Under the pieces are notes generated by a model. That model was given only the letters and a program-made list of their open reading frames with translations. It was not told where the DNA came from and ran no database searches. From NCBI GenBank assembly GCA_964291265.2, contig OZ219747.1:3072001-3136000 (forward strand): DNA of 64,000 nt, in the 5' to 3' direction. Each line of letters starts with the position of its first letter. The first letter of the stretch is position 1. Shown here in pieces: positions 20,356 to 30,780 of this stretch. The stretch is from Alphaproteobacteria bacterium (lineage in GTDB: Bacteria > Pseudomonadota > Alphaproteobacteria > SP197). The translations under genes were made by a program, and so were the position numbers.

Positions 20356-20889
20356 GGGTTGGAAGAGGGAAGGTGTTCGTCATGGCGGCACCCTACGCCG
20401 AACAGCACCAAGGCGACAATCGCGGCGCCTGACCCGGAGTGAGGCCTGCCGGGCGTCAAGACCTCGATGGCGCTTGTTCCTCAGGTCGCCGCCATGCCCC
20501 CGTACTTCACTCGGGTGGCCTCAGCCCAAGCTATGGCCCCTCCCTATGCTGTGTTGTGGAACTGATAGGAGACCAGTGATCACCCGCGATTTTGGCAACA
20601 AACTTCAAGGTCACCAACCCGCCCCCGCCTTCGATACCTCAAGACCGCTTCGCTGCCTGCCGAAGCCGTATTGGCAGGAAAGGACGCCCGGGAGACCTCA
20701 TGCACGATGACCTGCAAGCGTCCGGTCTTGCCCCGGCATTCGCTCGGCACTCTCCCAGGCGCCGTCATCCCCTCATGAGCGAACGCTTACCCGGATGACG
20801 GCGGTGAACAGCGACCGGCGTCTGGCCTGTTGTCTGCATTGCGGGTATGATCGATTCTCCAGACTTCGTCATGCGTCCGATGGTGCCAC

Positions 20890-21216
20890 ATGAGTGACGA
20901 CAATCGCCGGAACAGTGATGGCAGCGGGACCGGTGTCGCGACCCGGGTTCGGCAGAAGACGCGGAAGCCCTCCATGTACAAGGTGCTTCTGCTCAACGAC
21001 GACTACACGCCGATGGAGTTTGTCGTTCACGTGCTGGTCAGGTTCTTCCACAAGGGCCCCGAGGAAGCGGCTCGAGTCATGCTTCACGTGCACCGTCATG
21101 GTGTCGGCCTGTGCGGCGTCTATCCCTTCGATGTCGCCGAGAGCAAGGTGACGCAGGTCATCGACTTTGCGCGGCTCCACGAACACCCCCTGCAGGCCAC
21201 GCTCGAAAAGGAATGA
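20890..21216 (+). CDS. clpS: ATP-dependent Clp protease adaptor
   Basis: [21 protein letters not shown] motifs. Confidence 0.96.
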   Translation: MSDDNRRNSDGSGTGVATRVRQKTRKPSMYKVLLLNDDYTPMEFVVHVLVRFFHKGPEEAARVMLHVHRHGVGLCGVYPFDVAESKVTQVIDFARLHEHPLQATLEKE

Positions 21217-21223
21217 GCCCTTC

Positions 21224-23554
21224 ATGATCTCCTCCAAACTCGAACACACACTGCGCAAGGCCCTGGAACACGCCAGCATGCGATGCCACGAGTACGCCAC
21301 GCTCGAGCATCTGATGCTGGCGCTGACCGAGGACGAGGATGCGGTGGCGGTGCTCAGGGCCTGCAATGTCGATCCCGAGCGTATCCGCACCGAGGTCGAG
21401 CACTTCATCGATCACAGTCTTGATTCCATCACCCTCGAGGAGGCCGTCGAGGCGAAGCCCACCCAGGGCTTCCAGAGGACCCTGCGCAGGGCGGTGGCCC
21501 ACGTCCAGTCATCGGGGGCGGGCGAGGTGACCGGGGCAAACATTCTCGTGGCGATGTTCTCGGAACGGGAGAGTCATGTCGTCTGGTTCCTGCAAGAGCA
21601 GGACATGACGCGGCTCGATGCCGTGAGTTACATCAGCCATGGCGTTTCGAAGGTTCCGGGACAGTCGGAACCCAGGGTGGTGCGTGGAACCCAGGAAGAC
21701 GAGGAGGATGTTCGCCAGGGAGACGCGGCGCTCGAAGCCTACTGCGTCAACCTCAACGAGAAGGCGAAATCCGGCAGGACCGACCCCCTGGTCGGGCGGC
21801 AACGGGAGGTGGAACGCACCATCCAGGTGCTGTGTCGGCGCACCAAGAACAACCCCCTCCTTGTTGGCGATCCGGGGGTGGGCAAGACGGCGATCGCCGA
21901 AGGCCTCGCCCGGAGAATCACCGAGAACGATGTGCCCGAGGTGCTCGCCGGGTGCACGATCTGGGCCGTGGACATGGGGGCGCTGCTTGCCGGAACACGC
22001 TACCGGGGCGATTTCGAGGAGAGGCTGAAGTCGGTCATGTCCACGCTTGAAGCCGATCGCGACGCCATCGTCTTCATCGACGAGATTCACACGGTCATCG
22101 GTGCGGGTGCCGCGTCCGGTGGATCGCTGGACGCGTCCAACATGCTCAAGCCCGCCCTGCAGAGCGGCACGCTGCGGTGCATGGGATCGACCACCTACAA
22201 GGAATTCCGTTCCGTGTTCGAGAAGGATCGTGCCCTGTCGCGCCGCTTCCAGAAGATCGATGTGGCGGAACCCTCCATCGGCGATGCGGTGAAGATCCTG
22301 CGTGGACTCAAGCCCTGCTACGAAGAGTTCCACGGCATCCGCTACACCCACGATGCCATCAGGACGGCGGTGGAACTCTCCGACCGCTACCTCCATGATC
22401 GCAGGTTGCCCGACAAGGCGATCGACGTGATGGACGAGGCCGGCGCGGCACAGATGCTGGTGCCGAGGAGCCGGCGTCGCAAGAGCATCGGTGTGGCCGA
22501 TGTGGAAGCGGTCATCGCGCGCATGGCGCGCATTCCGCCAAGGAAGGTGTCGCGCCGTGACCGGGCGTCCCTGATCGAGCTTCCGGTGCAGCTCAAGGGC
22601 GTTGTATTCGGACAGGACCAGGCGATCGACGCGCTGACCGATGCCATCAAGCTCTCCAGGGCGGGCTTGCGGGAAACGGAGAAGCCTGTCGGCAGCTACC
22701 TCTTCAGCGGACCGACTGGCGTCGGCAAGACCGAGGTGGCGCGGCGTCTTGCCGAGTTCTCGGGCATGGAGCTCGTTCGTTTCGACATGTCCGAGTACAT
22801 GGAACGGCACACCGTATCGCGGCTGATCGGCGCTCCGCCGGGCTATGTCGGATTCGACCAGGGCGGACTGCTCACCGATGCCGTGGACCAGAATCCCCAT
22901 GTCGTCCTTCTGCTCGACGAAATCGAGAAGGCCCACCCTGACCTCTTCAATGTCCTTCTCCAGGTGATGGATTACGGCAAGCTCACCGATCACAACGGCA
23001 AGAAGGTCGATTTCAGGAACGTCATCATCATCATGACGACAAACGTGGGAGCCAGTGAACTCGCGAGATCGCCGATGGGATTCGGCAGGGCGACGCGCCG
23101 GGGTGAGGACACGGAAGCCATCGAGAAGCTGTTCACGCCGGAGTTCCGGAACCGCCTTGACGCGATTGTCCCCTTCGCCTCGCTGACGCGCGAGACTGTC
23201 GGCCATGTCGTCGACAAGTTCATCGGCGAACTCGGCACGCAGCTTGCCGAACGCAAGGTCTCGATCTCGCTGTCGCCGGAGGCGAGGGAGTGGCTTTGCC
23301 GCCACGGCCATGACGAGACCTACGGCGCCAGGCCCCTGGCGCGCGTGATCCAGGAACATGTCAAGAAGCCGCTGGCCGACGAACTCCTGTTCGGCGGTCT
23401 TGTCGGCGGCGGGCATGTCACCGTGACCGTGACCGACGACGACTCCCTTGGTTTCGAATTGCAGGTGCGGGAATTCCTCACGGAGTTCGGCGGGGGTGAT
23501 GACGCACCGGCAAAGGCAACGGGAAGCCGCGGTTCAGGCCTGCCGGAAGGGTGA
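21224..23554 (+). CDS. clpA: ATP-dependent Clp protease ATP-binding subunit
   Basis: HEYATLEHL, two Walker A motifs (GDPGVGKT, GPTGVGKT), IGAPPGYVG; follows clpS. Confidence 0.96.
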   Translation: MISSKLEHTLRKALEHASMRCHEYATLEHLMLALTEDEDAVAVLRACNVDPERIRTEVEHFIDHSLDSITLEEAVEAKPTQGFQRTLRRAVAHVQSSGAGEVTGANILVAMFSERESHVVWFLQEQDMTRLDAVSYISHGVSKVPGQSEPRVVRGTQEDEEDVRQGDAALEAYCVNLNEKAKSGRTDPLVGRQREVERTIQVLCRRTKNNPLLVGDPGVGKTAIAEGLARRITENDVPEVLAGCTIWAVDMGALLAGTRYRGDFEERLKSVMSTLEADRDAIVFIDEIHTVIGAGAASGGSLDASNMLKPALQSGTLRCMGSTTYKEFRSVFEKDRALSRRFQKIDVAEPSIGDAVKILRGLKPCYEEFHGIRYTHDAIRTAVELSDRYLHDRRLPDKAIDVMDEAGAAQMLVPRSRRRKSIGVADVEAVIARMARIPPRKVSRRDRASLIELPVQLKGVVFGQDQAIDALTDAIKLSRAGLRETEKPVGSYLFSGPTGVGKTEVARRLAEFSGMELVRFDMSEYMERHTVSRLIGAPPGYVGFDQGGLLTDAVDQNPHVVLLLDEIEKAHPDLFNVLLQVMDYGKLTDHNGKKVDFRNVIIIMTTNVGASELARSPMGFGRATRRGEDTEAIEKLFTPEFRNRLDAIVPFASLTRETVGHVVDKFIGELGTQLAERKVSISLSPEAREWLCRHGHDETYGARPLARVIQEHVKKPLADELLFGGLVGGGHVTVTVTDDDSLGFELQVREFLTEFGGGDDAPAKATGSRGSGLPEG

Positions 23555-24715
23555 CAGTTCGCGTCCGATGTAGTCGGCCTGTTCCGCGATGTGATGTCCC
23601 TCCTCGGCAAAGAACCGGGACACCGCGTCGTGCATGCTGCGATTGGCAAACCAGTGAACCGACCGGGTGGTGACCGGCATGTAACCACGCTGGACCTTGT
23701 GGCCGCCCTGGGCGCCGGCCTCGACCCGGGCAAGGCCGTTGCAGATGGCATGCTCGATCGCCTGATAGTAGCAACATTCGAAGTGAAGCATCCGGTGATC
23801 CTCGATGCAGCCCCAGTGGCGGCCGAAGAGAGTCGATGAACCCCTGACGTTGAGGGCGCCAGCGATCCAGCGGTGATCCCGCCGGCACATGACGAGGAGG
23901 ATATTGTCGGGCATGCGCTGGCCGAGCTGCTCGAAGAAGGCGCGGGTGAGGTAGGGAATGCCCCACTTGCGGTTGCCCGTATCGCGGTAGAAGCCGTAGA
24001 AGGCATCCCAGATCTCGCTTGTCAGCGCCTTGCCGGTCAACCGGTGGATCGAGATGTCACTGGCCGCGACCTCGCGGCGCTCGCGCCGGATGGCCTTGCG
24101 CTTGCGCGAGGACAGGCTGGCCAGGAAACCGTCGAAGGACGCGTATTCCCTGTTCTCCCAGTGGAACTGGATACCGGTCCGCTGGAGGAAGCCGAGACGG
24201 GCGACCACGCGCGATTCCTCCGATGTCAGGAAGTTGATGTGGGCCGACGAGACTCCGGCGTTCTTCGCCAGGTTGACAATGGCGGAGGCCAGGGCACGCT
24301 GCCGTGCCTCGTACGTCGATGCCTGTGCTTCTCCGGTCAGCAGCCTCGGTCCGGTGACCGGGGTGAACGGCACCGCGACGAGGAGTTTGGGGTAGTAGTG
24401 TCCGCCGGCACGTTCGAAGACGTCGGCAAGCCCCTGATCGAAGACATACTCCCCCATCGAATGGCTCTTGAACCAGGCGGGAGCGGCGCCGACGAGCCGT
24501 TGGCGGGAGTCCTCGAGAAGGACATGTGCGGGGCCCCAGCCCGTTTCGGGGCATGCGGAACCGCTGTCCTCGAGACAGGCGAGAAAGTCATGGAGGACGA
24601 ACGGATTGTCGGTGCCAGCGAGGCGGTCCCACGCATCCCGGCTGACGTCGTGGATGCTGTTGATGCAGCGTGCGCTGTAACGTTCCTGCCCGCCGGTATC
24701 TGATCCTGGAGCCAT
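23534..24715 (-). CDS. GNAT-fold FemAB-like (DUF482-type) protein
   Basis: KSHSMGEYVFD, YYPKL..VPFTPVTG, LHFECCYYQ, EAGAQG.HK motifs; ATG start inferred. Confidence 0.85.
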   Translation of the reverse strand: MAPGSDTGGQERYSARCINSIHDVSRDAWDRLAGTDNPFVLHDFLACLEDSGSACPETGWGPAHVLLEDSRQRLVGAAPAWFKSHSMGEYVFDQGLADVFERAGGHYYPKLLVAVPFTPVTGPRLLTGEAQASTYEARQRALASAIVNLAKNAGVSSAHINFLTSEESRVVARLGFLQRTGIQFHWENREYASFDGFLASLSSRKRKAIRRERREVAASDISIHRLTGKALTSEIWDAFYGFYRDTGNRKWGIPYLTRAFFEQLGQRMPDNILLVMCRRDHRWIAGALNVRGSSTLFGRHWGCIEDHRMLHFECCYYQAIEHAICNGLARVEAGAQGGHKVQRGYMPVTTRSVHWFANRSMHDAVSRFFAEEGHHIAEQADYIGRELSPFRQA

Positions 24716-24908
24716 CCTGTCCTCGGTTGTGGTGGCCCGTTCCGCCGTGATGTGACCGATCGGGCGGCGCAGCGCCGCCGACAGCGGCCTGGCAGGATGG
24801 ATTGTCAGGTGATGCACCGGCATAGTAAAGTGCCCGGCGCGAGAGGGCTCTAGACGACACGAGCGAATCACCGGGCCCTGATCGGTTGACGTTCAAGACA
24901 ACACCTCC

Positions 24909-26762
24909 ATGGCTTCAGACCGGACCCGAACCAGGCGTCGCATCGATATCGAGTTCGACGGCCGATACAACATCGACGTTTCGCGGGTTGACGCCGGGGT
25001 GCTGTGGCGAATCACGGCCATGGCGTTCCGCAACCGCTGGCGCATGGTGCTCGGCATCGTTGCCGCGTTCGCCGCGGGTTTCTTCCAGCTGTTCGTCCCG
25101 CAGTTCCTCGGGCGTGCGGTGGATGAGGCCCAGGGCCTGCTGGGAACCGAAACCGGCCGCGACATCGCAGGCGAGGCGCTGGCGGAGACCGCGGCGCTGC
25201 TGGTCGCCGCCAGCGTGCTGCGCGGCCTCTTCACCATGGTGCAGAACTATCAGGGCGAATCGGTGGGCCAGATCATCGGCCATGACCTGCGCATGGCCTA
25301 TTACAGGCAACTGCAGACCTTGAGCCTGTCGTGGCACGACCGGGTTCACTCCGGTGAACTGATGACAAGGGGAATCCTCGACATCGAGGGCGTGCGCCTC
25401 TGGGTGGATACCGGAATCCTGCGTTGCGTGCTGTTGTCGACCCTGATCGCCGGAGGCTCCATCCTGCTGGTTCGCATCGATCCGGTGCTGGGACTGCTGG
25501 CCCTCGGGTTCGTTCCCGTCATTGCCGTGATGGCCTCGGGCGCCCGCCTGAGACTGCGTGACGCCTGGCTCGCCTTGCAGGAGGAACTCTCGCAGCTTAC
25601 CAAGGTGATGGAGGAGAATCTCGGCGGAATTCGCGTGGTTAGGGCCTTTGCCTCGACAGCTTACGAATTGATTCGCTACGACGCCATCGCCGCACGCGCA
25701 CTCGCCTTGTCGCATCGCCGGATAGCCTTGTTCGTGCGCTCCAGCACGCGCATGACATTCATTTTTTTCGCCGCCATGGGCCTCGTCCTGTGGGTGGGGG
25801 GAGAGAAGGCGATGGCCGGCGAGATCACGCTGGGCCAGCTCGCCGAGTGCCTTGCCTTCATGGCCATCCTGCAGATGCCGGTGCGCCAGATCGGCTGGAT
25901 GATCAACTCCGTCGCCCGCGCCTCGACCTGTGGCGGACGTCTCTTCAACGTGCTGGACCTCGAACCAAGCGTTGCCGATCACCCGGATGCCCGACCGCTC
26001 GAGGTGCGCGAGGGCGTCCTCAGGTTCGAAGGGGTCGACTTCGCCTACCCCGCCTCGGCGCGCGACAGGCGCACGTTGAGCAGCATCGATTTCGAGGTCG
26101 CTCCCGGCAGGACACTCGGCATTGTCGGCCCTCCCGGCAGCGGCAAGAGCACCATTGGACAGTTGGCCGGCCGGTACTACGACGTGACCGCCGGACGCAT
26201 CACCATCGATGGCGCCGACATTCGCTCGGTGACACTCGCAAGCCTGCGCCGGCAGGTCAGCATCGTGCCGCAGCAGCCATTCCTGTTCACCGCAGGCATC
26301 GATCACAATGTGGCTTACGGCGATCCCTGGGCGGGCAGGGCGGCCATCGAGCATTCCGCCGCGGCGGCCCAGCTCCACAACTACATCAGGAAGCTGCCGA
26401 CCGGATACTCCACCCTGGTCGGCGAACGGGGGGTGTCGCTGTCGGGAGGCCAGCGCCAGCGCCTGTCCATCGCCCGCGGTGTCCTGCCGGAGAGTGCCGT
26501 GATCGTGTTCGACGATTCAACGGCAGCAGTGGACGCGGCCACCGAACAGCGCATCCATCAGGCACTGCATGACCTGACCCGCGAGCGCGCCGTCATCATC
26601 ATCGCACACCGCCTGCGTTCGCTGCTCCATGCCGACGAGATCATTTTCCTGGAGGAGGGGCGGATCGTCGAGCGCGGGTGTCACGAGGACCTGCTGACGC
26701 TCGAAGGACGCTATCGCGCTCTCTGGGACCTGCAGGCCAGCGGCGGGAGCGCACGGTCGTGA
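24909..26762 (+). CDS. ABC exporter, fused TMD-NBD subunit
   Basis: TM region; GPPGSGKS, LSGGQRQR, degenerate Walker B VFDD. Confidence 0.92.
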   Translation: MASDRTRTRRRIDIEFDGRYNIDVSRVDAGVLWRITAMAFRNRWRMVLGIVAAFAAGFFQLFVPQFLGRAVDEAQGLLGTETGRDIAGEALAETAALLVAASVLRGLFTMVQNYQGESVGQIIGHDLRMAYYRQLQTLSLSWHDRVHSGELMTRGILDIEGVRLWVDTGILRCVLLSTLIAGGSILLVRIDPVLGLLALGFVPVIAVMASGARLRLRDAWLALQEELSQLTKVMEENLGGIRVVRAFASTAYELIRYDAIAARALALSHRRIALFVRSSTRMTFIFFAAMGLVLWVGGEKAMAGEITLGQLAECLAFMAILQMPVRQIGWMINSVARASTCGGRLFNVLDLEPSVADHPDARPLEVREGVLRFEGVDFAYPASARDRRTLSSIDFEVAPGRTLGIVGPPGSGKSTIGQLAGRYYDVTAGRITIDGADIRSVTLASLRRQVSIVPQQPFLFTAGIDHNVAYGDPWAGRAAIEHSAAAAQLHNYIRKLPTGYSTLVGERGVSLSGGQRQRLSIARGVLPESAVIVFDDSTAAVDAATEQRIHQALHDLTRERAVIIIAHRLRSLLHADEIIFLEEGRIVERGCHEDLLTLEGRYRALWDLQASGGSARS

Positions 26763-28618
26763 CCGCCGGACGCAAGCCCGGTCTTGCCGTGGTCGGAGCC
26801 CAGGCGTCGCGCGACGAGGAACTCTTCGGTCGCGCCTTCGATCGCTGGGTCATCGCGCGTTTCCTGACGCACCTGGCGCCTTACCGCGCGCGGATTGTCT
26901 TCGCGGTGGTCGCCGTCCTCTTCTTCGTTGCCACCCAGCTCATGGTGCCGCTCATCATACGCTGGACAATCGACGAGGCCCTGGCGGCAGGGGACGGCGC
27001 CCGCGTGCTCCTTGTCGTCATCATGGGTGTGTTCTTCGGCGTCGTCGTCGTCAACTACGTGTCGATGTTCCTTCTCGAGAGCATTGTCGGGCGCATCGCC
27101 GGTCACCTGCTGTTCGACCTGCGCCGGGCCATGTACGCCCACCTGCAGGTCGTGTCCCTGGGGTTCATGGACCAGACGGAAGTCGGTCGGCTGATGTCGC
27201 GCCTGCAGGGAGACGTCTATGCCCTGCAGGAGTTTCTCGAGTCCTCGATCTTCGCCATCGGCGATCTGGTTCTCCTCGTGGGCATCATCACGGTCCTCCT
27301 CGTGCTGGATGTCCGGCTTGCCTCCCTGACGCTCGCAGTCCTGCCGATCCTGGTTGTCGTGCGCATGGTCTGGCTCCCCATGGCTCGCCAGGCGTTCCTG
27401 CATGCCCGCGAGACCAGCAGCGCCGTCAATGCGGCCCTGGCCGAAAACGTTCATGGCATCCGGGCCATACAGGAGCTCGGCCGTGAGGGTGTCAATCTCG
27501 ATCTCTTCGAGGAGATGACGGCCGACAATCGCAACGCCCACATGAGGGCATCACGCCTTGCCAACGTCCTCATCCCCGTGGTCGATCTCCTGACCGGCTG
27601 CGCCATGGCGATCGTTGTCGTCATCGGCGGACGACTGGTGCTGGACAACAGCCTCGACATCGGCGTCATGGTGGCTTTCCTCTTCTACGTCCAGCGCTTC
27701 TTCGATCCCATTCGATCGCTCTCCATCCAGTACAGCATCATGCAGCGTGCCATGGCGGCCGGACAGCGTATCTTCGAGGTCCTCGATGTGGACGTGGAGG
27801 TGCGTGACAGACCGGACGCCATCGAGCTCGACCGCAGCAACGGCGCCGTCGAATTCGCCAACGTCACCTTCGGATACGTCGAGGACCAGCCCGTTCTCAA
27901 GAATGTGAGCTTCGGGGTGAAGGACGGTGAAACCGTCGCCCTGGTCGGGCCGACCGGTTCGGGGAAGACCAGCGCCATGGCCCTGATTCACCGCTTCTAC
28001 GACGTCTGGGAGGGCTCCGTCAGGGTCGGCGGCCACGATGTCCGCGATGTCGCCCAGGAGTCTCTCGGTCGTCACGTGGCCATGGTCCTGCAGGAACCCT
28101 ATCTGTTTACCGGGACGGTCTTCGAGAACATCCGCTACAACAGGACCGGCGCCAGCCGGCATGCGGTGGCTGAAGCGGCGCGCGCGGTCGGAGCCCACGA
28201 CTTCATCATGAATCTGCCGAAGGGATACGATACCCTGCTGGATCAGGGTGCGGTGACCCTGTCACTCGGCGAGCGCCAGTTGCTGAGCTTTGCCAGGGCC
28301 CTGGTGGCCGATACGCCCATTCTCGTGCTCGACGAGGCAACGGCAAACATCGACAGCTACACGGAACAGAGGATCCAGCAGGCCCTTGCCCGGCTCCTCG
28401 AGGGGCGCACCGCCCTCGTGATCGCCCACCGCCTGACCACGATCAGGGGAGCGGATCGCATCATCGTGCTGCAGGACGGCCGCGTCATCGAGGAAGGGGC
28501 CCACGACGCTCTCATGGCCTCCGGTGGTCTCTACAGCATGCTCTATCGCATGAACTACGCCAGTTTCGACGATATCGGCGACGCTGGCGGCATGATGTCA
28601 ACGATCGAGGGCACCTGA
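26759..28618 (+). CDS. ABC exporter, fused TMD-NBD partner subunit (heterodimer)
   Basis: GPTGSGKT, LSLGERQ, ILVLDEAT; GTGA overlap. Confidence 0.92.
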   Translation: MTAGRKPGLAVVGAQASRDEELFGRAFDRWVIARFLTHLAPYRARIVFAVVAVLFFVATQLMVPLIIRWTIDEALAAGDGARVLLVVIMGVFFGVVVVNYVSMFLLESIVGRIAGHLLFDLRRAMYAHLQVVSLGFMDQTEVGRLMSRLQGDVYALQEFLESSIFAIGDLVLLVGIITVLLVLDVRLASLTLAVLPILVVVRMVWLPMARQAFLHARETSSAVNAALAENVHGIRAIQELGREGVNLDLFEEMTADNRNAHMRASRLANVLIPVVDLLTGCAMAIVVVIGGRLVLDNSLDIGVMVAFLFYVQRFFDPIRSLSIQYSIMQRAMAAGQRIFEVLDVDVEVRDRPDAIELDRSNGAVEFANVTFGYVEDQPVLKNVSFGVKDGETVALVGPTGSGKTSAMALIHRFYDVWEGSVRVGGHDVRDVAQESLGRHVAMVLQEPYLFTGTVFENIRYNRTGASRHAVAEAARAVGAHDFIMNLPKGYDTLLDQGAVTLSLGERQLLSFARALVADTPILVLDEATANIDSYTEQRIQQALARLLEGRTALVIAHRLTTIRGADRIIVLQDGRVIEEGAHDALMASGGLYSMLYRMNYASFDDIGDAGGMMSTIEGT

Positions 28619-28625
28619 ATCCGGT

Positions 28626-30248
28626 TCAACTGCCGGCGGCAAGGTCCCGGATGTCGGTGACCACGTGAATGAGCGCCGGGCCGTCGAGAGCGAGAGCCTC
28701 ATCGAAGGCCGGTGCGAATTCCGCGGTGCGCTCGACACGCCAGGAAGGCGCCCCGTAGGCCACGCCGATGGCCTGGAAATCCGGGCTTTCGAGAGCCACG
28801 GCGATGGTGTTCCGAGGGCCGGCGTAGCGTTGCTGGTGCATGAGGATCGTGCCGTAGTGTCCGTTGTCGCAGACGATGGCAATGACCTTGAGGGTATTCT
28901 CGACGGCGGTCGTGAGTTCCTGGCCCGTCATCATGAAACCGCCGTCTCCGGCAAAGGCGACAACCCGGGCGGCGGGCCTTGCAAGCGCTGCACCAAGGGC
29001 AGCCGGCACACCATAGCCCATGGCGCCCGACATCGGCCCGGCCTGGCTTGCCGGCAACCGGTAGCGAAAGTGGCGCTGCACCCATGTGGAGAAGTTGCCG
29101 GCGTCATTGGCGATGACATGATCGACTGATGCGAGCCGCCGGTTCACGTGACGGACGACCTCGGTCAGGTCGACGGCACCCCTGGCCGCCGGCGCTGCCT
29201 CCTGGAATCGCCTCCAGGCGTGCCTCAGGCCGGCACGCCATGCGGGCTGGGCGGGGCTCGCCCCGGCAAGCCTGTCGGCGATGGCATCGAGGGCCGGTCC
29301 GACATCCGAAACCAGGCCAAGCCGGGGACGCAGGGCGTGGACGGTGGCAGCGTCGGGGTGGATGGCGACGAGAGGCTTCGATCCGTCCCTGAAGCGGAAG
29401 TCGGCGGAACTGATGGCATCGAACCTGGCTCCGGCGACCACCACGAGGTCCGCCTCGTCCCAGGCGTCATCCAGGTAGGCCGCGCGGCCCGTGGCAAACG
29501 ATCCCGCATAGGCCTCGTGTTCGTTCGAAAGACAGTCCTGGCAGCGGAATGCCGATACCACTGCGGCCCCGGACTGCCGCGCCAGGCGGTCGAGCTGGGT
29601 GTGGACCGCTTCGTGGCGCACCATCTCGCCCGCCAGAAGGAGAATGCGGTCGGCCCTTTCGATCATCGATGCAGCGCGCTCCAGATCTTCCTCTGATGCC
29701 CTGGTCGCGGACTTGCCGACCGGTGCCGCCATGACGGGGGTTCCGGCCTCGCCGAGGGTGATGTCCTCGGGAAGGACAACGACCACCGGCCCCGGTCTAC
29801 CGGCGGCGGCGACCGAAAGGGCGCGTGCCGTCGCGTCCGCCACCTCCGCAGCGCCGGCAGGTTCGATCACCGCCTTGGCAACGGCGCCGAAGAAGGAGGT
29901 GTAGTTGATTTCCTGGAATGCCTCGCGGCCGATTTCGTGGGTCGGCACCTGGCCGATGAAGAGAACCACGGGCACGCTGTCCTGAGCGGCCGTGTGAACA
30001 CCGATGGCGGCGTTGGTCGCACCGGGGCCGCGGCTGACCAGAACAATGCCCGGGTGTGCCGAAATCTTGGCGTAGCCGTTGGCGGCGAAGGCTGCGCCCG
30101 ATTCGTGGCGATGGGTGATCAGGCGGATGGTGTTGCCGTGGCGGCGCAATGCCTCGAGAACCGCAAGGTAGCTTTCGCCAGGAACGCAGAATGCCGCTGT
30201 GACACCATGTTCGAGAAGGGTGGCGACAAGCGCCTCACCGCCGTTCAC
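28626..30248 (-). CDS. thiamine pyrophosphate-dependent enzyme (acetolactate synthase-like)
   Basis: VPGESYL, RHESGAAF, GDGGFMM..N TPP motif; GTG start inferred. Confidence 0.88.
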   Translation of the reverse strand: MNGGEALVATLLEHGVTAAFCVPGESYLAVLEALRRHGNTIRLITHRHESGAAFAANGYAKISAHPGIVLVSRGPGATNAAIGVHTAAQDSVPVVLFIGQVPTHEIGREAFQEINYTSFFGAVAKAVIEPAGAAEVADATARALSVAAAGRPGPVVVVLPEDITLGEAGTPVMAAPVGKSATRASEEDLERAASMIERADRILLLAGEMVRHEAVHTQLDRLARQSGAAVVSAFRCQDCLSNEHEAYAGSFATGRAAYLDDAWDEADLVVVAGARFDAISSADFRFRDGSKPLVAIHPDAATVHALRPRLGLVSDVGPALDAIADRLAGASPAQPAWRAGLRHAWRRFQEAAPAARGAVDLTEVVRHVNRRLASVDHVIANDAGNFSTWVQRHFRYRLPASQAGPMSGAMGYGVPAALGAALARPAARVVAFAGDGGFMMTGQELTTAVENTLKVIAIVCDNGHYGTILMHQQRYAGPRNTIAVALESPDFQAIGVAYGAPSWRVERTAEFAPAFDEALALDGPALIHVVTDIRDLAAGS

Positions 30249-30252
30249 GGGA

Positions 30253-30720
30253 TCAGGAGATCTCGGCCACGGCCTCGACCTCGGTCGCAACGTTGAGCGG
30301 CAGGGAGGCACAACCGACCGCAGCCCTCGCGTGGTGCCCCCTGTCGCCGAACACCTCGACCATCAGATCGCTGGCGCCATTGATGACCTTCGGATGATCG
30401 CGAAAGTCCTCCACGGCATTCACGAACCCGCCGAGTCTGACGATCCTGACGATCCGGTCGAGGTCACCGCCACAGGCAGCCCTGAGCTGGGCGATGACAT
30501 TGAGCCCGCACAGGCGCGCTGCTGCATAGCCTTCCTCGAGAGTGACACCCGCGCCGAGCTTGCCCTGGTGTTTCAGCGTGCCGTCGGCAAGGGTGATCTG
30601 CCCGGCCACGAACACGAGGTTGCCAGCCACTGTCCAGGGCACATAATTCGCCGCCGGGGCGGCTGCCTCGGGAAGCCTGATGCCGAGTTCGGCCAGGCGT
30701 GCATCGATCTTGCCGACCAT
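30253..30720 (-). CDS. RidA/Rid family protein
   Basis: ANYVP, GQI, INGASDL, HARAAVG, VEVEA-like motifs. Confidence 0.9.
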   Translation of the reverse strand: MVGKIDARLAELGIRLPEAAAPAANYVPWTVAGNLVFVAGQITLADGTLKHQGKLGAGVTLEEGYAAARLCGLNVIAQLRAACGGDLDRIVRIVRLGGFVNAVEDFRDHPKVINGASDLMVEVFGDRGHHARAAVGCASLPLNVATEVEAVAEIS

Positions 30721-30780
30721 TTCCGTTCCCTTTCCGAGTTCGAGCTGTCGCCAGATCGTCTGACATAAAGGAATCCATGC

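Larger units (their letters stand above)
14363..20791. repeat. tandem array of four ~1.5-1.64 kb rpn units delimited by five 132-bp direct repeats
   Basis: 132-bp repeat at 14363-14494, 15980-16111, 17622-17753, 19158-19289, 20660-20791; periods 1617, 1642, 1536, 1502 bp. Confidence 0.95.

Noticed and set aside
14322-20442. Long + strand ORFs antisense to rpn (e.g. 14322-15758, 17548-18933)
   Set aside because: Shadow frames of high-GC coding sequence; no recognisable motifs
14363-20791. Integron cassette array (attC sites)
   Set aside because: Hairpins lack RYYYAAC/GTTRRRY ends, the cargo genes are all the same, and there is no integrase in the window
21509-23416. Long antisense ORFs over clpA and similar ones over ugd, parC and the adhesin
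   Set aside because: Expected reverse-frame artefacts of GC3-biased genes
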